Source of the DNA: Bugula neritina
Lineage: Eukaryota > Animalia > Bryozoa
Direction of reading: 5' to 3'
NCBI GenBank assembly: GCA_964035545.1
Contig: OZ037771.1
Location: forward strand, 8,487,408 to 8,551,407
DNA length: 64,000 nt
Positions 27,501 to 36,540 of this stretch are shown here, piece after piece. Under the pieces are notes generated by a model. That model was not told the origin of the DNA. It saw nothing but the letters and a program-made list of their open reading frames with translations, and made no database searches. Position numbers and translations under genes: made by a program. How positions within the stretch are numbered: position 1 is the first letter of the stretch; each line of letters opens with the position of its first letter.

Positions 27501-30500
27501 GGAATGTTTCTCAATTTATATGTTTTAAGGCTGTAGTGGCTTTACACTCACCTATCTTTTTACCTTTCACTTCTGCCTGTCTCTGGCTTCATTGCAAAAG
27601 AATTCTTTCCATTGAATCGAATGACCCATTTCAAAGCTGTGCATAATTTGAATGGAATTTTCCTCTGAAAGAACCTTTTGCATGAATTTGCTGTTTCGGT
27701 TTGTACTCTATGCAACTGTTTTTATGAGGCAGATAAAAAATTTATTCCAGAAATGCAAATTATCAAAACATAGCAAATTATCAACAATAGGAACGTAGTG
27801 CATGGCCAGCTTCAGCAAACAAAAAGCTAGAAAGAATCTTCAAGGCCTACCAAGACCTAGTATTCCATTCTTAGTTTCCCTTATTCTTGAACAAAGGGCC
27901 TTAAATATAATATAAAAAAGCCTGCCCATTATATATAGATATGTTGTGTGTTATTATGCACTTTATAGTTTGCTCTCTTAAAGTCATTCACTCAATGTTG
28001 GTACATTGGCAGCTAGTAAATAAGGGTTAAAGACTGTTGTGGTTACAAAATCCTAATGATGAGTCAATGTTGAACTATTTGGTTCTCTAGTGTAGATGCA
28101 TACTCTGCTGCTCATCATGTAAACAGTGTGCTTTTAACATAATAATCTGTAAATAATTATAATTTGACAGTAGAGGTACCAAAAATGTGGGGCTTAGGAA
28201 GTATGTATTGCTTGAGTGACTACAGCAGCGTGTGTGGAGAGTTGATTGTGTTTCCTGAAGCAACAGATCCCATTCAATGTTCTGGCTCTGGCTGTGCTTA
28301 CAACCATGTCCAAGACTTGTCCAACTCTTGTGTCGGAGTTGAGGACTTCTCCTATGATCCTCAAGTTCAGATGCAGAGAACGTTTCTATGGAGTGTAGCT
28401 GAAATAGCTAAATATTTTAGTTTATGTGGTGTAACGACTCAATACAAAAACTGCGAGTAAGTGTTGGCACCTACATATTTTTTATCAATCTCACTATGTA
28501 ACAGCATAGCTTGACATGCATTTTTTTATGAAAATACTTAAAACATGGGATTTGTATGGCGAGAGTTTCTCAGCTTCTAGACATGTAATAACAGCCAGGT
28601 GAGTCTAGTTTGTCTTGCTCTGTTTCAAAGGTGTGATCAAAGATGTCAATATTTTGGAACCTGCTGCCAAGATGTTGAAGTGGAAATGCGTATCCCTGAC
28701 GAGCGAATGGATTGGGTTTGTCACGGATTAGACTTTTTTGCTACAACAGGAACAGTAGTTGTGACCTCTTGCCCACAGGAAGCCAGTGATGAAGAGAAGA
28801 CTCAATGTTCCACGGGAGATGTTGGGAAATGGAATCTATATGGCTGGCTCGTCCTTGACAAAAACACTCGTTTGACGTATGTTGTCTATAGATTTAGATT
28901 TTTTATAGTTGCTAAGTGCTAAGTTACTGGGGCCATTTCCAAATGAATAAACCATGAAACTCAAAGGTTTAAGGCAAGTTATACTGTTGTAGTTGACCAG
29001 TGAAGTTGTTCGCCTATATGTAATGGTGACTAGTCAATATTCGGAAGACTCATTGCTCCGAAGGGCCATTAGTCCAAAAATTAATAGACACAGGATTACA
29101 TCACTGAGAATATCATAAATTTCACTCACAATCTTGCTATATTATTGCTAGATGTTAGTGGCATGTGTGTTGCCTACTTGTGATTATTTAGCCTAAGATT
29201 AGGCTATAACTCTGCCTCAAATTAGGGCTGTATCATCCATCAACATAGTAGTGCCCAAGATGTTTATAATTTTTTGTCTTCAATGCTTATGTTCACAGAT
29301 ATAAAGAATAATATCATAGAATAATGCAGTTTAGCAGTTTACAGATAATTTTAGAGATTAAATGTGATAGCAAATACTCAACTGTAAAGCCAGAAATTTA
29401 CTCTTCATTCATTACCAATAATTTTTTGACAACAACTTCAAATGCAACCTATTTTTTATAAACTGTCATGTCCTGTGCATAGTAGTTGCTCATAATTTTG
29501 TTTTAATATAATGAATCATCTATTAATTTCTTTAGATTTAAGAATATATACTGTGCAAGATGCAATAAAGCCACAAACACCACATTCTGGGACGTAGTAG
29601 TGGTATGTGACCAAGATCAACTTGGTAACATCATGTAAGTTACTTTCTGAAATACTAAAATGTTTGATATTCTACTAGATTTTCAAGCATAAAATCAGCA
29701 TGGGTAATAATGGCACAGGTAATAATGGCACAAATAGAAAAGTAGGTAAAAATTTTGCACTGATGTTAAATTTTCTCAAACCTCAAACTCAAACCCCCAA
29801 CCCTTAAACCCCCACCCCATACTCAAACTCCCATCTCTAAATCTAAACTTCTCAATCTAAACCTAAACCATCTATTTCAAACCCCCAACTGCCAACGCAA
29901 ACCTTAATATTGAAAACGTGCTATTTTTACCCACTTTGTTATTTCTGCCACTATTACCTGTGCCATTATTACCTGTACAGTTTTACGGGACCTTTTTACC
30001 TGTGCAAATTTATTTGGTGCTATTTTCACCGGATACCATTCTACTTATGTCTATATTTTGGCTCAACTTAATGATATAATGTATGTGCAATTGGTAATGC
30101 TTTTATTGCTAATAATTTTGCTGCTGTATTAAGTTTAGGATTGTCATCTTGCTTTATGCCAGTCACCTTTTAAAAACTAGTGCAAGTTGATAGTTACCAT
30201 TTCTGTGAGAAACCCCTGATAGAAAAAGGTTTTTTGTCACATCGTGTTAAGGACTTATTAAGATAGGGCACAGGAGCAATAATGACTAGACACTCTTCCA
30301 AACATCACCAATGGCCTTTACTGGTGATCAAACCTATGACTTCGTGTTTACTGAACCAGACACCCTAACTCCTAGATTATGGCTACTCCCTACGGCTAAC
30401 CTCTTAGACTCATTAGTTGTTATCATTGCTATTTTTTATCAGTTGAAGCTACTATACAGCTACATTATTACTTTATAATTGATATGTGTTCTAGAGGAAG

Positions 30501-32965
30501 GTGTTCCTTTGACTCATACACACTATCACTGGATGACTCAGACTACTTCTACGAATGTTTAAAAAAGAAAACATATAAGAGCAAATGTCCCAACATGTAC
30601 TCAGAATGGAAGCTGAGTGAGGACTGTGAGAGAGGACCAGTTTCATTTGTATATTTCAATAACATAGTATTCCGCAACTACTTCTGTGCCATCTGTGGTG
30701 GGTACCCATTAGACTATGGTGAAATTGTGACTGGTGGCGCCCTAGAAGATTTGTTCAATGAATCAGTTAGAGTGTCACAGCATAGTGATTTCACCACCAT
30801 TAGATTGAGCTCTTGGCAGTGTTGCGGAAGATGTGTACAGGACCCTCAATTTATGTGCAGTGAAATTATCAACTCAACCAGTATATTACCTAAACTTATT
30901 TTGGAAGAATTAGTAAATAGTACGGTCTTTAAAAATGACTTTCTTATTACTGACCTCTGTGGCAAAGAAATGCACCAGTGCTTTCTAAATAAAACTGGTA
31001 GTGTCCCCGACATAGGAATGCCTGGTACTTCTGGAGAGTCTTCAAATACATTAGTCTCAGGTTATCAAAGTATTAAGAGTATTGGAAGAGCAGTTTTTGG
31101 TGTAAAAAGATTTTTACAAAAAGAAAAGACAACTTTAATTCAGACGTGGAGAAGCTCAAATGACTCTATTATGTTCTGCTCCAACAAGTCTGTACTCTCA
31201 CAGTTGTCAAACCAAGCATATAAACAAATCCAACTTTCAGCCAATGGGCTTCAGGTAGGTTGTTTGCTCTTTTTCTGCAAGCTCTTATATTGTGATTTTA
31301 GGCAAAAATGGCAAAGGTAATAATGACTCAGGTAATAACGGCACAAATCGAAAAGTAGGTAAAAATTGTCACAACTACTGTAAAATTTTCAAACCCCAAA
31401 CTCAAACTGCCAACCCAAACTTGCAATGCTTAAACCCTCAAACCCAGACCTAAACCACTCGTTCCAAATTCTAAACCTCCTACCCCAAATCTCAACATTA
31501 AACTTTTTTTATCTACTTTTCCATTTGTGCGATTATTACCTGCCCCATTATTACCTGTGCCATTTTTACCTGTGCCATTTCTACCAGATACCATATAATG
31601 TAGCAACAAGAACCTAACAATACTATTTAGCTGTGAGAATATTTTAACAGTTCCAACTGGGAACTGATTTGGTGTAACTATTTAATTTTTATACAAAGCT
31701 CAACTATATTTACAGCATGGCTACAATCAACTGCTGTTACACCCGAAGTATTATAATGTTGATGTGATGATTAGTATATAAAGTACAAGAGGCAACTCTT
31801 TATAGTGGCTGAAATGTATTGAAAGATAGCTTTTATTTTTGTACTGTGTAAATGTAGTAATTCGTATACATGTGAAACCAATGAAGTTGATTCTCATGTT
31901 AACAAACAACTTTGATTAAATTTATTATAACGTCTCACTCTTCTATCTATATATGCGTATGTTGGAGCTCTTTCTGTTCATAAACTACAACTTCAAGTCA
32001 TTTAGAATAGCAGTTAAATGTAAATATGTACTTTACTGCTAGAACACTATACTTTGTGGTTTTAGGTCCTTGAAGTGATCAACACAACAACATTTATTCC
32101 TGGACCAAAATTAACCTTTTTAATTCACGACTATGTTCTTCTGGGTGCCTCCCTTCTTGCCATAATCTGTAACATCATTCTGATTATATTGAAAAAGAAA
32201 AGGCCTCTCAGCTTACCGAATATTATGATGGTTTCACTTCTAACTTGCTTATTTGGAGCTCTCTTGTGCTTTGCACTTATAAACCTCCCAATTGAGAGAG
32301 ACGAAGCTGGTTGTGAAGCTATCGCAGCCATTACGCAGTTCTTCTTTCTTGCATCACTCACGTGGAGCAACTCCATAGCAATTAGTATAGTGCGCAGTTT
32401 ATATTCTTTAAAACACCTGTCAAGGTCACATAGACCTTTCATATTGTGCAGTGTATATGCATTAGGACTGCCTTTGGTTTGCACTATGATAACATATATA
32501 CTCTCTACTAGTCAACTCTCTATTAGTCAGAATATTTACAGTAGTGCAGGTGTATGCTTTCTTGGAGACACTACCATACGTCTAGCTTTGTACCTTGTGC
32601 CTATATACATATTGATAGTTACAAATTGTATAATAGGCATTGTGGTCATGGTTAAAATATTTATTACAAGCACAGCTGCTTTAAAACAGGATAAAGTGAG
32701 GCTAAAAAAGAACATTATTACATGCTTCAAGGTTTCTATTTGTCTGGGCTTAGGCTGGATCATGCTTTTCGCAGCTACAGCAAGCAATGACGACTTAGTG
32801 TGGCTAATCATGCAAATTTTCATAGAGTCTCAAGGTGTGCTAATAGCTGGTGCAAATCTCATAAGTTGGAGCTGTGTGACTTTTATTAAAACATGGACTA
32901 TATCTAAAATGACTTCTTCGCAAAGCAAAGCTACAATATCAGCTGGTGTCATAGAACTGAGGTAA
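10914..32965 (+). CDS. Secretin/adhesion-class (7tm_2-like) GPCR with somatomedin-B-like Cys-rich ectodomain, paralogue A, ~1107 aa
   Basis: Ten phase-consistent GT-AG exons: 10914-11196, 16538-16615, 24270-24525, 26259-26512, 26994-27155, 28171-28456, 28631-28876, 29536-29634, 30495-31254, 32066-32965 (3324 nt). Signal peptide; CKYYGECCGD and CECDQRCQYFGTCCQD; four Y/F-x-N-x-Y/F-C-x-x-C motifs; 7TM with CEAIAAITQFFFLASLTW, YALGLP, GLGW, SQG. Confidence 0.9.
11536..12417. mobile_element. Kolobok-type, almost fully palindromic non-autonomous element
   Basis: Termini AGAATCCCCGAC...GTCAGGGATTCT. TTAA on both sides (11532-35, 12418-21) and a single TTAA at the empty paralogous site ~40957. Related fragment at ~58338-58590. 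Confidence 0.8.
11916..12233. mobile_element. PIF/Harbinger-type MITE nested in the Kolobok-type element
   Basis: GCCTAGGGCCACAC...GGCCCTAGGC with 3-bp TSD GTA. Close copy at 45098-45441. The right TIR is internally deleted. Confidence 0.8.
12478..12591. repeat. (TA)n followed by (TG)n microsatellite
   Basis: Seen directly. Confidence 0.95.
13325..16345 (+). mobile_element. Degenerate Gypsy-type LTR retrotransposon (gag and protease remnants, no RT seen)
   Basis: 5' LTR TGTAG 13325 to CA 13741, then PBS-like TGGCAGTAG. Gag remnant RDKYRLKPPVF, zinc knuckle CWGCRSEGHERLDC, protease remnant ~14690-15000, polypurine tract ~15965, diverged 3' LTR. Absent from paralogue B. Confidence 0.8.
17216..22469. 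mobile_element. Kolobok-type DNA transposon nested in the MULE
   Basis: TTAA at 17212-15 and 22470-73. TIR core GTAAGC(A/T)TCCAGGTTATTT (19/24 match). Inverted low-complexity arms at ~17920-18130 and ~21790-21870. Confidence 0.65.
19074..19670 (+). pseudogene. Decayed two-exon ORF resembling the P2X7 C-terminal Cys-rich (ballast/Nanor-like) domain
   Basis: With stops and frameshifts: EEWCK*..ECCQSCEE..FVTDHPG, intron 19294-19488, then SYRVLIFWLFPNLHRRQRKPLSACLYN*V..LPP..FAG. Matches the WC..CC..T.H..YR...W...R.PLP.C....R..FP pattern as I recall it. Confidence 0.6.
23463..24095 (+). mobile_element. Solo LTR
   Basis: TG...CA with 4-bp TSD ATAT. The 3' end TTCATAATAACCCACAA is shared with the LTR at 13325-13741. 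Confidence 0.8.
24645..24882. mobile_element. Degenerate MITE-like inverted repeat
   Basis: GTAACGTCAAATATCGGCCATTTTT with an inverted counterpart near 24850-24880. A second left end lies at ~25125. Absent from paralogue B. Confidence 0.4.
26770..26885. repeat. 15-bp minisatellite (ACTAAGTACACCTGT-like)
   Basis: Seen directly. The paralogous array is at ~46630-46735. Confidence 0.75.
29025..29463. mobile_element. Truncated, rearranged copy of the 16838-23270 MULE family
   Basis: 29025-29245 matches 16838-17107, and 29247-29463 matches the reverse complement of ~22750-22963. Confidence 0.75.
29678..30037 (+). mobile_element. MULE-type MITE (AATGGCACAGGT subterminal repeats)
   Basis: 9-bp TSD ATTCTACTA/ATTCTACTT. 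Same family as 31294-31592 and 57496-58209. Confidence 0.75.
30195..30390 (-). mobile_element. tRNA-derived SINE
   Basis: Minus strand begins with a tRNA-like head carrying a B-box-like GGTTTGATC. A non-orthologous copy lies at 42240-42410. Confidence 0.6.
31294..31592 (+). mobile_element. MULE-type MITE
   Basis: GATTTT...GATACC termini, imperfect 9-bp TSD TTATATTGT/ATATAATGT. Absent in paralogue B. Confidence 0.7.
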
Positions 32966-33042
32966 TTAGCTGTGACCCTAGATAATTTGTACTTGTTTAT
33001 AAAGAGTGATATGGAGATTTCCAGCAAAATAAACAATTAACC

Positions 33043-33162
<120 letters not shown>

Positions 33163-33414
33163 GCTTTTTCTGCATTTCTTTCTGTTTTGCTATAATATGA
33201 TGATACCAATAACTTGAAGGTTTACATGAAATTTTATTATTAATTATTGTTATTTATTTTTCTAGAAAAAAATTAATAAATTAAATTAGAAAAACGATAT
33301 TCACACTACAATTGTACCTGTGACTGAATGCAACATATTATGAAAACTTAAAAGTCAGACATTGATATGAAAGTCTCCAACTTTAAAGCAAATATAAAAC
33401 TTTTCTGGATATTA

Positions 33415-33679
33415 TTACGAAAGTTTGGACACTAAAAGCTGTACCATATGTGACTCATCAGCAAAGTATTTTTTAAGGAAACTATAATAAAACTGTTTGG
33501 AATTACATAAACTGAATTGCGGGACAGTTTGAAAAGCAAGAGAAGATATAAGTATCAGTAATCTAGCAGTCAATCCCCACACTGTGTACACACTTTGAGA
33601 AAGTGGACAAGTGTAGTCAAAGTAATGCATAGCAACAAATGAGTGGTGTGGTGATCTGTGAGCATCCAGCTCTTCAAAC
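33415..33679 (-). pseudogene. Duplicated last exon of the NUDT7-like gene (orphan exon or alternative terminal exon)
   Basis: About 11 substitutions and no indels versus 55904-56165. Acceptor TGTAG is intact. The stop TAG is changed to TCG, so the protein would end SKLS. No copies of exons 1-2 adjacent. Confidence 0.85.
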
Positions 33680-35041
33680 CTACAGTATAAAACAAGCATC
33701 CCCTTAGTGGGTAACACACATGTATGAATCAAAGCAGGACCAACTGCTGCTGCTAACCTACATGTATGGTGTGAGTCGTTAGAAAACTATTTCATATTTA
33801 ACAATAGGCAGTGAAACTTCCCAGTTACTTATCTTAAAATTTAATTGGACTGGCAGGTAGAAACATTCCTGCAAATATATTTTTTGACAAAGAGTGTCAT
33901 TTCTATCTTTACATATTTCTATTGAGAATAGTTCTATTGAGAATATTTAATTCTGAAATCAAATAAAATGTAAAACTGACTTTGAAAAGAGATCATGCAT
34001 CAGTTATCTTTTAACAGCAAATTTTTTCTTTTTTGCTGAATATAATTGGTTTCATGTTTTTAAACATAGGTTTGCAGCTTTTTTAAATGTTCATCCAATA
34101 CATGTAGAAAAAAATTATTGTCCACATATGTAGATGCCATGCATCTATTGAGTCATGTCATTGTCCACATATGATGACAAAATGATTATTCTGCTAAGTT
34201 AGTATAATATAAATAGTTTATTTTTCATCTATTAATGGTGTTTAAAATTTGTTCATCTAGCTGAGGTGGTAACAGTACATCAGCTACATCACTTCTTAAA
34301 CAATAATTAGTAGGCAAAGTCAAAATATAGATCATTCCACATTACAAGAAAAAACTCACAATGTTCCAAAGTTTTTAGATGTTGTTTTTTCTTATCTGAG
34401 GTCAAAAATTTTATGATTCTCTACAGAACAGGGTGAAATATGGAATAGTTACCAATGTACTAACAATTTGGAGCATTTACATTTAGTTTTATTACTTTAC
34501 ATCACTTTTTGAACTAGCAAATACATATAAGTGACATACAAGTGAAAATTTCAATTTTTTGATGTTTACCAATTACTTATTGATTGAAGAGTAAATAGAT
34601 GTTTTGGTAAATTCAAAACTAATTTTCTTTGACATCTTTTTAATTATTTCGAAAAAATCGCTTGCAAATTTGTTTTAGAAGCATAGCAATTTTTTTATTT
34701 TGATAATTTCAACCATTTTGAACTCATAGAAAATTTTTAATTTTTTTGCAAAAATGTCATAAATAACAAACTATGACTAAAAATTGCAAAAAGACACTAC
34801 AAAGTTGGAAAAATAACTTTTTATTCAACAATGAAATGCAATACTAGTTATATACTGTCCACATACGTAGACGTCCAACACTTCAATTGTTGCATGGTGT
34901 CCACATATGTGGACAGTGATAAAAAGTGTATTTCTGTGAGCATTGTAACATTTTTCATTTAAAACGTCCAAAGATAAGTTAGCTCGATTGTAAAGATAGC
35001 AAAATAAAAATATGAAAGTTGAACATCGCTGGCCAAGCAAT

Positions 35042-35443
35042 TGTATTGAGGCTAAGTTATATTATGGCATTCCTTTGTGCCGCAGGGAGTCTGCAAAATA
35101 CCGCACTCTTCAAGGTCAATCGCAGGGATGCGATACGGCCCGTTGCAGCCCTTGCCGCCGGGACCTACAGACCAATCAACATCCAGCTGGGTTTTATAAA
35201 CAGGACTTACAAATGGCCAGATACACTTGGCTCGTGGACTTATTACTAAGCTAACTAGTGTAGGATTTTATTGTGTAACTGTTTACCTTGATGTATAGTA
35301 TTATTTCTTAATTAGTATCACAAATATATTCGTTCTACTACATGTACAAGCTCAGTTCTGTCTTTAACTTACTCACAAAGAGTTATATTCCAGCATTGCA
35401 ACACACACTCATAGCCCACCGTTATAGTTTGCAGACAATTACA
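35042..35443. mobile_element. Solo LTR
   Basis: TG...CA with perfect 5-bp TSD GCAAT (35037-41, 35444-48) and a GC-richer interior. Confidence 0.75.
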
Positions 35444-35559
35444 GCAATATAAATTGTTTCAACTAATTTGTGAGCTGAAACACAATTTTTAAAAGCTTAG
35501 CAATAAAAAACATACGAAAAATAAAAGCAAAATGGCATAAACAAATGACAAAAAGACTT

Positions 35560-36540
35560 GATGTGATCTGTCATTGTAACCATTTAACATTTGAAAGATA
35601 TGTAGGTGACGCAGAAGATGCTTTGAAACCAAAGCATGCAGTAGTAGCTGTGAACTGAAAAGAAAGTTTTCAAGTGTTGTTTTCTTGTAACTCATCTTTA
35701 AAGAAATTGCATATAGAAAGTCGGGTCCTCTCATGTCACATCAGAAAATATACGGTATGGTTGAGCATAAATATCCTTTTTAGAAGGCTGTTTGAAGGCT
35801 CTCAAATTAATGACGGATGATTTACACCACTGCCTTGCTTTACCATATTCATTGCTGTAGTTAAGCTTTCCTAATCTGTTCCCATTTGTTTTCAGTAGGA
35901 AATTTTGCACCATTTAGAATATTGCAGAATAGTTTGATTACATTGTTGACCTACATTTTCATTTGTTCTCGGACTTAATCTATTTTTGAATTTGTATATT
36001 GATAGCAGAAAGATATGAATTAGGAAAAATATAACTTAAATGTAAAACCTGGTGCGCCCAATTATAATTAACATAGTGAAAATATTTAGTGGGGCAAGTT
36101 GTACCTGGTTCAACTTGTCCCATTTTCTATGTGATTCAACTAGCCCCACACTGTTATGCTATAACAAATTGGCTTCGATATCTGCCGTGAATGACATATC
36201 TCTGCAACTTTAAGTTATTGCCCAACTTTGAAAGCATGTTGAAAATACATGCCTGAACTTATTTGACTGAACTCTTAAAATTTCAGAGACTATGCAACTT
36301 TTTATAAACAAATTAATTATTAGTTTTCTCATATCTTGTGCAGAAAATGCAAAAAATATTCGCTTACCGATAAACTTCTGCTTTGATTTTATATAATCCT
36401 ATATCTCTAGTAGTTTACCTAAAACACTCTTAAGTAAAACAGGTAAAATAGCGCAATTATTTAAAGGAGAAAATTTAGAGCATGTGGTTCAACTAGCCAC
36501 ATGATTCAACTAGCCCCATGGTATAACTATCCACACTTTC
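35560..36540 (-). mobile_element. pogo-like transposon fragment with decayed transposase N-terminus
   Basis: 35940-36540 matches 8440-8816. The minus strand from 35913 reads MVQNFLLKT...SLTTAMNMVKQG, resembling a psq-type HTH start (inference). Confidence 0.55.

Noticed and set aside
28581-28598. Apparent 18-nt micro-exon (TTCTAG...GTGAGT)
   Set aside because: It would leave a 32-nt intron and split the CECD motif; direct exon 6-7 splicing gives a perfect SMB pattern.
30195-30390. tRNA gene
   Set aside because: Degenerate boxes, a shared non-tRNA body and a second dispersed copy indicate a SINE.
31140-32130. GPS autoproteolysis motif before TM1
   Set aside because: Only one Cys and no H-L-T/S in the spliced juxtamembrane sequence.
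32131-32823. Antisense ORFs conserved in both paralogues (also 53699-54385)
   Set aside because: Shadows of the conserved 7TM exon; no independent evidence.
35012-35254. 80-aa and 76-aa GC-rich ORFs
   Set aside because: They lie largely inside a solo LTR with a 5-bp TSD and have no recognisable motifs.
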